Origin: an uncultured Gemmatimonadales bacterium
GTDB lineage: Bacteria > Gemmatimonadota > Gemmatimonadetes > Longimicrobiales > Gaopeijiaceae
Direction: 5' to 3'
Assembly: GCA_963823035.1 (NCBI GenBank)
Contig: CAWGKG010000008.1
Span: forward strand, 96,001 to 160,000
DNA length: 64,000 bases
The notes under the pieces are model-generated. The model did no database searches. It was not told the origin of the DNA and saw nothing but the letters and a program-made list of their open reading frames with translations. Within the stretch, counting starts at the first letter, position 1. The number at the start of each line of letters is the position of its first letter. Position numbers and translations under genes: made by a program. Positions 51,069-62,015 of this stretch are shown here, piece by piece.

Positions 51069-52757
51069 CTACGGCTCGACCGTGAAGTTGAACATCATCC
51101 CCGAGTGCAGGTGCTCGGCGATGTGGCAGTGCATCATCCAGGTGCCGGGGTTGGACATCTCGACCAGGAGGTCGACGGTGCTGCCCACGGGCACGATCGT
51201 CGTGTCCTTCCAGACCAGGTCCTCGTTCGGCGTGCCGTCCATCGACACCACCAGGAAGCGCTGCCCGTGGATGTGGATGGGGTGGTTCATCGGGTGGAAC
51301 GACTTCGGCTGGTTGAAGATGCGGATCTTGACCACGTCGCCCACGTGGAACTTCCAGTGGATGTCGCCGTTCTCGGCGCCCGTGTCGCGGTCCCGCAGGA
51401 TCCACGTGACCTGGTCGGAGGTCGACAGCCAGTTCATCATCGGCATGGCGTCGTTGAACTCGACCGGCGGCACGTAGAGCGTGTCCATCTCCATCGCCTG
51501 GACGATGGGGACCGGCAGCCCCGACACGCGCACCGTGGTCTCCAGCTGGTGGTCGGGCTGCTTGTCGAAGAGCGCGCGGTAGCGGGCGACGTCGTCCACC
51601 ACCGCCTGGTTCGTGCGCAGCGACTCGAACGCCTCGCCGTAGTCGGGGGTGGCGGGCTCGTCGGCCACCGTGACGAGCGCGAGCGTGTCCACGTGCGCGT
51701 AGAACTCTCCGCGGAAGTGGTTCACCGCCTGGATCGAGTTCGTGATCGCGACCTGGCCCGGCTGGTCGAAGCGCACGTCCACCACGTAGCGCTCGGCCGG
51801 CGCGATGATCACGCTCGGCACCCACTGCTCGCGCTCGTAGCGGCCCACGTCGGACGCCACGACCTTCACCTTCGCGCCGCCGAAGACCACGTTGAACGTG
51901 CGCGTGTTGGCCACGTCGGTGAGGAAGAAGCGGATCACCTCGCCCTTCTTCGCCGTGAGCCGGTAGCCGGTCTGGCCGTTGACCATCATGACGTTGCCGA
52001 AGCGGCCCATGAGCGCGTGCGTCGGCCCCTCCTTCCCCCACGGCAGCAGGCCCTGGCCGTCCATGAGGATGTCGTCGACCACGAAGATCTCCTCGCGGTT
52101 GGCGGGGCCGTAGTAGTCCGGGTCGGGCGAGGTGACGAGCAGGTTCCCGAAGAGGCCGAGGTCCTGCTGGACGTCCTCACGCACGTGCGGGTGGTACCAG
52201 AACATCCCCGCGTCGGGGACGTTCACCTGGTAGGTGAAGCTCTCCCCCTGGGCGATGGCTTCCTGCGTGACGCCCGGCACGCCGTCGAAGCGGTTGTCGA
52301 TCCTCACCCCGTGCCAGTGGATCGTGGTGGGCATCTGGATCCGGTTGGTGACGCGCACCACCACGGTCGCGTCCTTCGGCGCCTGGATGAGCGGCCCGGG
52401 ATACTGGCCGTTGTAGCCGTACATGACGAGCTCGTGGCCGTTGATCGTGCGCCGCACCATCGAAACCGCGATGTCGAGGGTGTCGCCGTCCTGCATGGGC
52501 ACGACCTCGGACGGCCGCGCCTCGGGCAGCATGGACGGGTCCATCCCCGCGTCCGGCAGGAACGGGCTCATCACGGGGAGGAGGCTCTCGATGCCCGGCA
52601 GCATCGGCATGTTCGGGTCCATCGGCACCATCCTCCACCCCCCCGTCATGCCCATGGCGTGACCCATGTGCATGTTCGGGTCCTGAGCCGACAGAGGCGC
52701 GGCGAGGAGGAGGACGGCGGTTGCCAGGCGCGCGACGCGGCGGGCGGGTTCTCTCAA
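51069..52757 (-). CDS. Multicopper oxidase (three cupredoxin domains) with a Met-rich N-terminus
   Basis: TTG start overlapping the upstream stop. Motifs HWHG, WYHPH, HPIHIHG and HCHIAEHLHSGM, plus MHMGHAMGM. Confidence 0.94.
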   Translation of the reverse strand: MREPARRVARLATAVLLLAAPLSAQDPNMHMGHAMGMTGGWRMVPMDPNMPMLPGIESLLPVMSPFLPDAGMDPSMLPEARPSEVVPMQDGDTLDIAVSMVRRTINGHELVMYGYNGQYPGPLIQAPKDATVVVRVTNRIQMPTTIHWHGVRIDNRFDGVPGVTQEAIAQGESFTYQVNVPDAGMFWYHPHVREDVQQDLGLFGNLLVTSPDPDYYGPANREEIFVVDDILMDGQGLLPWGKEGPTHALMGRFGNVMMVNGQTGYRLTAKKGEVIRFFLTDVANTRTFNVVFGGAKVKVVASDVGRYEREQWVPSVIIAPAERYVVDVRFDQPGQVAITNSIQAVNHFRGEFYAHVDTLALVTVADEPATPDYGEAFESLRTNQAVVDDVARYRALFDKQPDHQLETTVRVSGLPVPIVQAMEMDTLYVPPVEFNDAMPMMNWLSTSDQVTWILRDRDTGAENGDIHWKFHVGDVVKIRIFNQPKSFHPMNHPIHIHGQRFLVVSMDGTPNEDLVWKDTTIVPVGSTVDLLVEMSNPGTWMMHCHIAEHLHSGMMFNFTVEP

Positions 52758-53356
52758 CGGTAGCCGTACCTGGCGCACAGTTCCTGCTGGAACGGGCCGT
52801 GGCCGGCCATCGTGTGCATCGCGCCGCTGCGCGACATGCCCCGCAGCACGATCGGACCCGACCAGGTCCCGGCGGAGGCGTCGTCGGACGCCTCGAGGGT
52901 GACCACCACCAGGAACTTGTTCCACGACACCTGCCCGCGCGCTTGCAGGTTGTCGTCGAAGGCGCCCAGCCGCTCGATCCGGTCCACCTGCGGGGTCGTG
53001 ATCCACGCTACGAGCGCGCCGCGAGCCGGAGGCTCGATCTCCGAGAGCTGCAGGGCCACGTCGTAGCGGTAGCTGCCGTCCGCGGCCACCGCGACGCCGT
53101 AGGGGGACCGCGCGAAGGCGAGGTGGCCCATACCGCGGGCCCGCGCGGTGCCGGGGAGCTTCTTCGTCGTGACCAGGTCGATCGCGTAGTACGTCGCAGG
53201 GTCGACGGGGAAGGCAGGGGCCGCGTCCACGGCCCCTGCAGCCGCCGAGCAGGCCGCGGGCACCGACGCCGTCTCGCCCGGGGGAATCCGGGCGGACGGG
53301 TCGGCGGCCCCGAGGGCGGTGAGCGCCGCGAGCATGGCGATCGTCCCGGTCTTCAT
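52754..53356 (-). CDS. Secreted hypothetical protein with a His/Met/Cys C-terminal tail
   Basis: Signal peptide, beta-rich body (LVAWITTP, FLVVVTLE), and tail MHTMAGHGPFQQELC. Confidence 0.75.
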   Translation of the reverse strand: MKTGTIAMLAALTALGAADPSARIPPGETASVPAACSAAAGAVDAAPAFPVDPATYYAIDLVTTKKLPGTARARGMGHLAFARSPYGVAVAADGSYRYDVALQLSEIEPPARGALVAWITTPQVDRIERLGAFDDNLQARGQVSWNKFLVVVTLEASDDASAGTWSGPIVLRGMSRSGAMHTMAGHGPFQQELCARYGYR

Positions 53357-53378
53357 GCTTCCTTCGGCCTCCCTGCGT

Positions 53379-54723
53379 TCAGCTGATCGGACGCTTCGGC
53401 GGCGCGTCCCACTTCTGCGCCGACGAGATGTCCGGATAGCCCCAGTCCTCACCGTTCCATCCCTGGAAGCCGTCCATGCGGAAGGTCCAGAAGCCGGTGG
53501 ACATGTCGCTGATCACGATGAGCCCGTCCGCGTTGCGCACGTCGATGCCGAAGGCGCCGTTGAACTGAGAGTAACGGTCCGTGTTCGGCGGTCCGATGTA
53601 CGTGTCGTAGAAGCCCACGGGCACCGGGTTCGCCGGGTCCTGCACGTTGAAGATCTGCAGCCCGTCCAGATACCCCGAAACGAACACGTAGGGCCACCGC
53701 ACCTCGTGGTTGTGCACCAGGTGGGTCCAGTCGGCCGTGAAGGCGGAGATCGGATTGCGGATGTTCGTGACCTCGCCGTCCAGAGCGGGCTTCAGGTCGA
53801 AGATGCGCAGGGGAGCGTACTGGTACTCGGTCTCGGCGACCACGTAGCGGCCGTCGGGGCTCGGAGTGAAGGTGTGGCCGTAGGAGACGCCGCTGATGCC
53901 CGTGAGCGTGACGCGGAGCTTCGGGTTCTGCAGGTCCGTGATGTCGTAGATGTAGTAGCCCCCGGTGCCGCCGCCGTAGAAGCGGTCCTCACCGGTGTCG
54001 GGGTAGTAGCCCACGTAGAAGTCGTGGTAGCCGCGCGATCCCCCGCTTCCCATGCTCGACTCGGGGACCGGGACGCGGGCCACGCGCGCGTGCTCCACGT
54101 CGCCGTGCACCGACCTTGCCCAGGTCGTACACGTTCGCGTAGGGTCCGCTCACGGTCGTGAAGAGATACACGCCGCCGTTCGAGTGCTTGTAGATGAAGA
54201 TGTTGTGGAAGCCGCCCGGGGTCTCGGGCTCGCGGATGCGCGCCACTTCCTTCACCGTGCTCGGATCGGGCAGGCCGGTCACGTCGAGGATCACGGCGCC
54301 CAGATCGTTGTCGGGCCCACCCTGGCCGAACTGGAGCGACTGCACCACGTAGTAGCGGTCGTCGATCTTGAAGTGCTTCACATCCATGCCGCCGGTGCGC
54401 TGGTGCAGCTCCTGGTTCTCGATGCGCCAACGGTAGAGCACCTTGGGGTGGTCCGGGTCCTCGATGCTGACGATGTCCGTACCCTTCGGCCCCTCGTCTC
54501 CGTAGACCATGCGCGCGACGTACGCGTACGGGCGCGACATCTCCTGCTCGACGTCGAGGTCGGCCACGCTCAGGCGCGGGCCGAGCGGCACGTGGCCGAG
54601 CACCTCGATGTTGTCGCTGCCCCGCTTGAGCGGGGTCCACGGGGTCTGTTGCGCGGATGCGGGGGCGGCGGCGGCCGCGACGACGAGGAGCGCGCCGAGA
54701 ACGCGCGAGCGGGTCACCAGCAT
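53379..54723 (-). CDS. Secreted LVIVD-repeat beta-propeller protein; frameshift near 54110
   Basis: Signal peptide ending ASAQQ. Repeats such as DIVSIEDP, ILDVT, IYDITD, IFDLK and IFNVQDP; His motifs FHN, YHD, GHT and VHNHE. Confidence 0.82.
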
Positions 54724-54883
54724 GGGGCAGCACCTGGTGCGGGGATCGGAAGGGCCTGCGCTTGCGAGGGCCAAAAGTGGGTGGGGTGCCCGGCGCCGGG
54801 CAAGTCGGGTCCGCGCCGGGCAACTCACGCGGGCGTTCGGGGTTCCTCACTGTCGCGACGAACGACGGGGAACGGAGGCGAGG

Positions 54884-55627
54884 ATGCAGATCGCGGTGGT
54901 GTCGGACATCCACGGAAACTCGTGGGCCCTCGACGCGGTGCTCGAGGAGATGGGCCACATGCACGTCGACCGGGTGCTCAACCTCGGCGACTGCTTCTTC
55001 GGGCCGCTTGACCCGAAGGGCACGCACGAGCGGCTGCTCGGCCATGGGTGGCCGACGGTCCGCGGCAACCAGGACCGTGCCCTGCTCGAGGGCGCGGACA
55101 ATCCGGGCGCCGTCTTCACGCTCGGCGAGATCGGGAGCGAGGGCGTGGCGTGGCTCACCTTCCAGACGCACCCCACCGTGAGCCAGGGCGCTATCCTCGC
55201 CTGCCACGGAAACCTCGAGCGCGACGACGTGACGCTCATCGAGCGGATCGAGACCGACCACGTGCGCACGGCGACCGACGGGGAGCTCACCGACGCGCTC
55301 CGCGGCGCGGCGGAGAACGTGGAGATCGTGCTCTGCGGCCACAGCCACCAGCCCGGCACGGTGCGGCTGTCCGACGGGCGCCTCGTGGTGAACCCGGGGA
55401 GCGTGGGACTCCCCGCCTACACGGCCGACGCGCCCCACCCGCACGGCATGGAGTCGGGCACGCCCCACGCGCGCTGGGCCCTGCTCGAGCGCAGGCGACA
55501 CGGTGTCTGGCGGATCGAGCTGCGCGCAACGCCCTACGACGTGGAGGCGGCCGCGGCCGCGGCGCGCGCGCACGACCGGCCGGACTGGGCCCGCTGGATC
55601 GAGACCGGGCGGGCGCGGGAATGCTGA
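54884..55627 (+). CDS. Metallophosphoesterase (YfcE/MJ0912-like)
   Basis: Motifs SDIHGN, NLGD, RGNQD, CHG, CGHSH and NPGSVG. Confidence 0.92.
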   Translation: MQIAVVSDIHGNSWALDAVLEEMGHMHVDRVLNLGDCFFGPLDPKGTHERLLGHGWPTVRGNQDRALLEGADNPGAVFTLGEIGSEGVAWLTFQTHPTVSQGAILACHGNLERDDVTLIERIETDHVRTATDGELTDALRGAAENVEIVLCGHSHQPGTVRLSDGRLVVNPGSVGLPAYTADAPHPHGMESGTPHARWALLERRRHGVWRIELRATPYDVEAAAAAARAHDRPDWARWIETGRAREC

Positions 55628-55633
55628 GGGCTG

Positions 55634-56335
55634 CTAGCGCCGCCCCAGCTCGGACAGGACCTCGAGCTGGATCTCCTGGATCTGCGTGAGGCGCTCCCAC
55701 TGCTGCAGGAGGAGGTGGTCGACCTTCTCGTGGAGGTGACGGATCTCCAGCTCGGCCTTGAGGTTGATCTTGTAGTCGTTCTGCGCGCGGATGCGGTCCT
55801 TCGCCTCCTGCCGGTTCTGGCTCATCATGATGACCGGCGCCTGGACGGAGGCCAGGCACGACAGGACGAGGTTCAGGAGGATGAAGGGGTAGGGGTCCGG
55901 CGGGTGCCGGAACAGCACCACGGCGTTCATCACGATCCAGGCGGCGATGAACACGCCGAAGGAGATGAGGAACACCCAGCTTCCGCCGAAGGCGGCGAGC
56001 CCGTCCGCCAGGCGCTCCCCGGACGTCCGCCCTCGCTCCAGCGCTTCCTCCATGTCCCTCGCCAGAATGTCGTGCTCGTGCAGGCTCCGCACGACGTCCG
56101 CCTCGAGGGAGCTCAGCTCGCCGCGCTCGGACTCCAGCAGCGACGTCACGTACGCGTAGCGGAAGCGGTTGAGGTCGGGGCGGCAGACGAACCCTTCCGG
56201 GGTCCAGGTGGGCAACTCCGCCTGGATGCGCTGGGCGATCGGCTCCCGGATCGTGGTGCCCGGGACGAGGGCCTTGGTAGGGAAGGTCTTTCCGCAGACG
56301 GAACACGTACCCGTCGCGGCGGCCGACTTGTGCAT
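55634..56335 (-). CDS. DUF1003 domain membrane protein with N-terminal CxxC
   Basis: GERLADGLAAFGGSW, DPYPFILLNLVLSCLASVQAPVIMMSQNRQ and NLKAELEI. Confidence 0.92.
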   Translation of the reverse strand: MHKSAAATGTCSVCGKTFPTKALVPGTTIREPIAQRIQAELPTWTPEGFVCRPDLNRFRYAYVTSLLESERGELSSLEADVVRSLHEHDILARDMEEALERGRTSGERLADGLAAFGGSWVFLISFGVFIAAWIVMNAVVLFRHPPDPYPFILLNLVLSCLASVQAPVIMMSQNRQEAKDRIRAQNDYKINLKAELEIRHLHEKVDHLLLQQWERLTQIQEIQLEVLSELGRR

Positions 56336-56357
56336 TCCGGACTCCCGGGAAGTGGTG

Positions 56358-57047
56358 TCAGAGCTGGGTGCCGACGAGGGAGCCGACGAGCGCGGTGAGG
56401 CCCATCGCCAGGGCTCCCCAGAAGGTCATGCGCACCACGGCCCGAAGCACGGGCGCGCCGCCCGCGCGGGCGGCCAGCGCGCCCAGTCCCCCGAGCGCCA
56501 CCAGGGACGCGCCCGTCACCAGAACGGCGGAGCTCGACACGGGTGCCACGAGGACGACGACGAGCGGCAGGAGCGCGCCGGCCGAGAACGTCCCGGCCGA
56601 CGCCAGGGCGGCCTGGACCGGGCGGGCGGCCGTCACCTCCGAGATGCCGAGCTCGTCGCGCGCGTGCGCGCCGAGGGCATCGTGCGCCATGAGCTGATCC
56701 GCGACCCGGGCCGCCAGGTCGGGCTCGAGCCCTCGCGTCCGGTAGATCCGCGCCAGCTCCTGGTGCTCTCCCTCGGGGTTGGCCGCCAGCTCCTCGCGCT
56801 CCCGTGCGAGGTCGGCGGCCTCCGTATCGGTCTGCGAGCTCACGGACACGTACTCTCCGGCCGCCATCGAGACCGCGCCGGCCACCATGCCGGCGACGCC
56901 CGCAACGAGCACCTGGCCCCGGGGTGCGCCGGCGGCGGCCACCCCCACCACGAGGCTGCTCGTGGAGAGGAGGCCGTCGTTGGCGCCCAGGACGGCGGCG
57001 CGCAGCCATCCGATGCGGTGGGTCCGGTGCCCTTCGACGTGGGCCAT
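56358..57047 (-). CDS. VIT1/CCC1 family Fe/Mn transporter
   Basis: WLRAAVLGANDG, SMAAGEYVSVSSQ and HARDELG. Confidence 0.95.
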   Translation of the reverse strand: MAHVEGHRTHRIGWLRAAVLGANDGLLSTSSLVVGVAAAGAPRGQVLVAGVAGMVAGAVSMAAGEYVSVSSQTDTEAADLAREREELAANPEGEHQELARIYRTRGLEPDLAARVADQLMAHDALGAHARDELGISEVTAARPVQAALASAGTFSAGALLPLVVVLVAPVSSSAVLVTGASLVALGGLGALAARAGGAPVLRAVVRMTFWGALAMGLTALVGSLVGTQL

Positions 57048-57062
57048 GGTGGCCGTAGGCTC

Positions 57063-60008
57063 CTACCGACCTCCCCTCCCCGGCGCGGCCTCGTCCGTCA
57101 CCGCCTCCGCGGCCTTCCCCGCGTCCAGGTCGTTCCAGTTCAGGATCGCGTTGAACCCCAGGAAGAACGTCCCCTGGGTCTGCCACCGCCAATACGGCCG
57201 GATGGCGAACATCACCACGTGGCCTTCACCCACCGGCTCGTCCACGACCTGCGCCTTGCCGGTGAGCGCCTCAGCCCCGCCGAGCGTGCCGGAGAGCAGG
57301 ATCTGCCCCGGGTTGTCGGGGAACTTCATGACCACACGCGGTCCGGACTCGTCCACGTTGACCCCGAACTGGCGGGCCATGCGGCGGAACTCGGCCATCT
57401 GATCCGGCTGGCCACCGCCGCGCGCGCCGCGCGCCTGCGTGCTGTCGGCCTGCCACGTGCTCAGGCGCGGCTTGGAGGCCATCGGCGTCGTGTTCTGCCA
57501 GGGGCTGCTGCCGCCTCCCCCGAAGTAGCCACGCGCCATACGCGCCAAGCCGCCGCCCGCCTCGAGCACCACGTCGCCCCGGTAGAGCACCGGGAGCTGG
57601 TCGCCCGCGTAGCCGTAGGCGATCGGGCTGGTCTTGTCGGCGATGACGCCCCGCTCGACCGAGCCGGGCGCGACCAGATCGTCGGAATCCACCACGCTCA
57701 CGCCCGGCGTCAGGCCGTAGGAAGGGAAGATGTTCGACGTGGAGCCCTCCACGATGAGCGTGCCGCCCTCCTGCACGAACTTCGCCAGCTGCACGAGCCC
57801 GTCGAAGCCCATCCCGCCGCGGATGTCGGCGCTCTGGTCGAGCGCGCCGAGGTTGGGCGTCTTGTCGGTCTTCCCGTAGGGAAGGGGCATCTCACCGGTC
57901 ATCGCGATGCCGTTCACCTGCGACTGGGCGTTCCCGCCCACGTGCGGGAAGACGATCACGTCGTACTTCGCGCGCAGGTTGCCGTCCTTCAGCTTCTGGT
58001 CGGCGAAGTAGGTGTAGGGCACGTGGTAGGTGTCGAGCGCGGCGCGCACCCAACCCTCGTCCTGCGTGCGTTGCCAGGAGTGGACGTAGCCGATGCGCGG
58101 AACGTCGAGCTCGTGCGTGGGCACGTCGGGCATGCTGCCCGCCCACGCGGACAGCCCCAGCTCGGTCAGGCTCGACTCGATCGTCGCGCGGTCGGCCTGC
58201 GGGATGATGAACGCGCCCGCACGGAACGCGTGTCCTCCCATCTCGAAGTCGCTCTCCGCGGCCAGCATGCGCACGTCGGCGTGCGTCATGCGGAAGGTCA
58301 TCAGGTTGTTGTCCGTGGTGTGGTCCACGACGATGACGTCGCCCTTCCCGGAGATCCCGCCCGGCGCGTGCGCCGGGTATGCGACCGCCGTCATCGGCTG
58401 ATCGAGCACCGATTTGTCGTCGATGGTCTTCAGATCGACGTTGCGCGTGAGCTGCATCGTCCACCCGGTGTCGTCGTACGGACGCGGGTTGTCGAGGCTG
58501 AACTGCTGCAGCGAGAAGTAGATGTCCGCCATCGTGCGGAATGGCTGGTCGGCCCGGGCGATGAAGTCGCCCGCCTGCACCTTCACGCCGCCGGCCTCGA
58601 AGGCCTTGTCCGCGCGGTGGATCTCGAGGCCCTGGCGGAGCAGCTCGTTGACCATGTCGACCGCGTCCGCCTTCCTGCGCTGATTGGCCGGGATCACCCA
58701 CGCGTTCACCGGCCCGTCGATGCCCTTCTGCACCGAGCGCTTGTTCTTGAGCCAGTAGTTCTCGAGGAACCAGGCCCGGTGGTCGGCAGCGTACTTCAGC
58801 GAGAAGAGCAGCGCGGATTCCTGGATGTTGGTGTTGTTGCGCGGGCCCCAGTTGATCGACGGGAGCGGCGGGTTGGGCCGGAACCACTCACGGCTCGTCG
58901 TCGTGGCGCCGAGGCGCAGGTTCTCGCGGTTGTCCGGCCCGTAGCTCTGCACCTCGTAGAAGCGCCCGATGCCGTTGTGCGTGTGGGCGATCGTGAACAT
59001 GTAGTTCGGCGTCCACCCGTCGTAGAAGCCGTACGTCCACACGCCGGGCACGCCGCGCTTGGTCATCTCGAGCACGTCGTTCTCGGCGAGGACCCACCAC
59101 TCACCGATCGTGATCGGGTCGAACCCCTCGTTGTAGGGGCCCGTCCCGGTCGACGTGTACAGGTACGACTGCGCCTCGTGCAGGTCGTGCATGACCGTGG
59201 GCGTCCACTGCAGCCACGTCTTGTTGACGTTGCGCGTGAGAGCCAGGAACTGCCCCATCCCGTCGCGGTTGTTGTCGTGCGCGACGTACTTGCCCCAGTA
59301 CATGAGCGGAAGGCGGCTCTCGCCCTCGGGCCGGTCCTTGTTGAAGTAGTAGGTGTCGACCTCCTTCTCGCGGCCGTCCACCTCGATCACCGGGGTGATG
59401 AAGGTGATGAGGTTGTCGCGGATGTCCTGGATGAAGGGCGTCTCCTCCACCACCAGGCGGTATGCCAGCTCCTGGAGCATCTCGGGGCCGCCCGTCTCCG
59501 GGGAGTGCATCCCCGACGTCACCCAGTAGATCGGCTTGCCGGCGCTCTCGATGATCTCGCGCGCCCGCGCTTCCGTGGTCGTACGGGGATCGGTCAGCTC
59601 GTGCAGCATCCCCTTGTAGCGCTCGAGGTCCCGGATGGTCGCCTCGTCGGCGATCGCCATCACGATCTGCTCGCGGCCCTCCTCGGTCTGTCCGATCGAC
59701 CACACCATCGCGCGCGGCGAGGCGTCCGCGATCGCGCGCATGTAGCGGTGGATGTCGCGCGCGTAGGTGAGCTCGCCCGGGGTGCCCACGATGCGCCCGT
59801 TGAAGGCGAGCGGCGTCGGCACCACGTCCGAGGCCGGGAGGTGGTCCACCAGCTCGGTCGTGATGCGGTCGTCCTGGAGATACTCCTTGATGAGCTTGGT
59901 GTACTCCTCGTCGTTGCGCTGCTGGGCCTGGGCCAGATTCGGCGCCGCCAGGGAGGCGACGGCGAGCCCCCAGACCATACGTCGGAGCGCGGAGGTCCTG
60001 CGGGACAT
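57063..60008 (-). CDS. Secreted M14 zinc carboxypeptidase-like protein with a C-terminal GATase-like region
   Basis: Signal peptide ending AQAQQ. Motifs GQTEEGR, MHSPE, HDNNRD, HDLHE and PYDDTGWT. Confidence 0.9.
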   Translation of the reverse strand: MSRRTSALRRMVWGLAVASLAAPNLAQAQQRNDEEYTKLIKEYLQDDRITTELVDHLPASDVVPTPLAFNGRIVGTPGELTYARDIHRYMRAIADASPRAMVWSIGQTEEGREQIVMAIADEATIRDLERYKGMLHELTDPRTTTEARAREIIESAGKPIYWVTSGMHSPETGGPEMLQELAYRLVVEETPFIQDIRDNLITFITPVIEVDGREKEVDTYYFNKDRPEGESRLPLMYWGKYVAHDNNRDGMGQFLALTRNVNKTWLQWTPTVMHDLHEAQSYLYTSTGTGPYNEGFDPITIGEWWVLAENDVLEMTKRGVPGVWTYGFYDGWTPNYMFTIAHTHNGIGRFYEVQSYGPDNRENLRLGATTTSREWFRPNPPLPSINWGPRNNTNIQESALLFSLKYAADHRAWFLENYWLKNKRSVQKGIDGPVNAWVIPANQRRKADAVDMVNELLRQGLEIHRADKAFEAGGVKVQAGDFIARADQPFRTMADIYFSLQQFSLDNPRPYDDTGWTMQLTRNVDLKTIDDKSVLDQPMTAVAYPAHAPGGISGKGDVIVVDHTTDNNLMTFRMTHADVRMLAAESDFEMGGHAFRAGAFIIPQADRATIESSLTELGLSAWAGSMPDVPTHELDVPRIGYVHSWQRTQDEGWVRAALDTYHVPYTYFADQKLKDGNLRAKYDVIVFPHVGGNAQSQVNGIAMTGEMPLPYGKTDKTPNLGALDQSADIRGGMGFDGLVQLAKFVQEGGTLIVEGSTSNIFPSYGLTPGVSVVDSDDLVAPGSVERGVIADKTSPIAYGYAGDQLPVLYRGDVVLEAGGGLARMARGYFGGGGSSPWQNTTPMASKPRLSTWQADSTQARGARGGGQPDQMAEFRRMARQFGVNVDESGPRVVMKFPDNPGQILLSGTLGGAEALTGKAQVVDEPVGEGHVVMFAIRPYWRWQTQGTFFLGFNAILNWNDLDAGKAAEAVTDEAAPGRGGR

Positions 60009-60131
60009 GGTGGGCTCCCTGCGTGGGGTGGGTCGCGGAGCGGAGGTCGGCCGTTCCGTGTTGGGTGTATCGCCGCCCGCAGGGACGCGCAAGGGACGTG
60101 GAGCGTTGGGACGGACGGCACGCCCGGATCG

Positions 60132-61389
60132 TCAGTCGCGGTCGGGTCGGACCACCAGGATCCCCGTCTCCCGGCCGAAGTCGCCGCGCACGGCGGGAAG
60201 GCCCTCCGGGACGGCCCACGGACCGCCGTCGATACGAAGGAGGTACGCCCAGGTGCCGGGGCGCAGATCGATCGCGGTGGACCAGGTGTCGGCCCCGTTC
60301 GGCCGGAGCGTCACGGGCACCCAGTCGGTGAAGTCGCCCATGATGTCGACGTCGTCGGCCGGAACGTGGCGCAGCACGAGCCGGGACGCGGCACCGTCCG
60401 CTCCGCGCACGACCTCGAGCACCGGCGCGCTGTCACGACGACGCTCGGCGCGTTCCAGCGCCTCGGCGGACCCCGGCGCGATGGAGGCGGCTCGTGTGCC
60501 GGGCGACCAGCGCAGGCCGACGCCGACGAAGCGGGCGCGCGGAAGGGCGCGTTCCGGAAGCGCCGGCCGGATCCCTCCGGAGAGCTCGATGGAGAGCCCC
60601 GCCACGGGCAGCGGGACGGCCGAGCGCACGCGCCCCCAGGCCTCGCTCCCTGTGCCCGTTCCCCCGATGCGCCGGCCGATGGCGGCCCCGAGGCGGATCG
60701 GACCCAACGCGACGTCCGCGCTCGCTTCCGCGTCCACGTAGCGGAACCGGGCCAGGGCGGGGCGGGCGCGATGGCTCGTGAAGGCGTAGCCCGCCACCGT
60801 GAAGACCGTGTCGAACGGCACGGCCGTGCTGTCGTGGAAGACGGTGCCGGAGAGGGTCGCGCCCAGGGCGGCGCGTCCCGGGCTCCAGATCAGGCCGGCG
60901 GCGGTCCTTTGCGCGGACCGGCCGGGACGATCCCCCGTGGGTCGGTCGAGCGTCCACGACAGCCACGCCTCCAGCGTGGATCGGCTCAGGTGCAGCTCGC
61001 CACCGGCCTCGATGCCGGTGAACGGGTTCGTGGCCGCCGAGCCGATCCCGAAGGCGCCGACGTGCGCGAGAAGGGACAGGCCCTCGGACGGGACGAGGTC
61101 GTACCGGGCGAGGGCGCCGCCGCCGAGCGCCGGAGCGCGGCGGTCGGGGGAGGCGACCAGACCGTCGACGGCGAACGAGAGGCGCCCCACGTCGAATCCG
61201 CGCGACGCCGGAGAGGAAGGAGGCGCCGACATCGTGGGGGAAGCCGGGAAGGGCCGCGCCGACCGGAACGGTCTGTGCGGATGCGCCGGCCGCTGCGCCG
61301 ACGCCGAACGCAGCGAGCAGCGCTCCGGTCGCGAGGGAGCCCGCCCGGGAACGCGGCCGCGGTCGGTGCCGCGGGCGGTCTGCCATCAA
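60132..61389 (-). CDS. Secreted / outer-membrane beta-strand-rich protein with a C-terminal CBM48-like glycogen-binding domain; frameshift near 61240
   Basis: Signal peptide ending ASAQ and amphipathic strands. C-terminal VDIMGDFTDW...WSTAIDLRPGTWAYLLRIDGGPW...DFG. Confidence 0.78.
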
Positions 61390-62015
61390 CCTCCTCCGGG
61401 CGGGGGCGCCCCACCACGAAGGGACCGGAGGATCCGCGCGCTCTGGCGCTCCGCGGCGGTGGTGGGAAGTGTCCCGTCGCGGATGTCGAGCTCCACCCGG
61501 TAGCGCAGGAGATGGTAGCCCTCCGGATCCGCGCCGGCCCGCGCGAGGGAGCGGATCGCCTGGACCGCCGACGCGGGGGGCACGCCCTGCTGCACGAGGT
61601 CCGCGAGCACCACGAGGGGAAGGTCCACGCCGGCCCGCTCGGCGTCCTCCCTGATGCGCCGGAGGGCGTCGGCCGGCACGTCGACGTAGAGCGCCCCGGC
61701 CCCGGCGACCAGCTCGGATTCCGTGGAGCCCGGGCCGAGGGCGTCGCGCGCGGCCGCGAGTCGCTCGCGCAGGCCGCGCACCGCCCCGACGATGCGCGGG
61801 CCATCGGCGGCGAGTGCCGCGCCTTCGAGGGCCTTCTGGATCAGCGGCTCCACCGGGAGACCGGCTTCACGGGCGCTCGCCACCTCGCGGCCCACGCCGA
61901 CGAGGGCGACCGGATCGAGCCGAGCCTCCAGGCGGGCGTCCTGGGCGAGCGCGACGCCCGGGAGCAGGGTGAGCAGCAGGAGGGTGGCCAGGCCACCGAG
62001 GGGGCGGGCGATCAT
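61386..62015 (-). CDS. Secreted all-helical hypothetical protein
   Basis: Signal peptide ending ALAQ; GLPVEPLIQKALEG and LVVLADLVQQGVP. Coupled to its neighbours by overlapping start and stop codons. Confidence 0.8.
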   Translation of the reverse strand: MIARPLGGLATLLLLTLLPGVALAQDARLEARLDPVALVGVGREVASAREAGLPVEPLIQKALEGAALAADGPRIVGAVRGLRERLAAARDALGPGSTESELVAGAGALYVDVPADALRRIREDAERAGVDLPLVVLADLVQQGVPPASAVQAIRSLARAGADPEGYHLLRYRVELDIRDGTLPTTAAERQSARILRSLRGGAPPPGGG

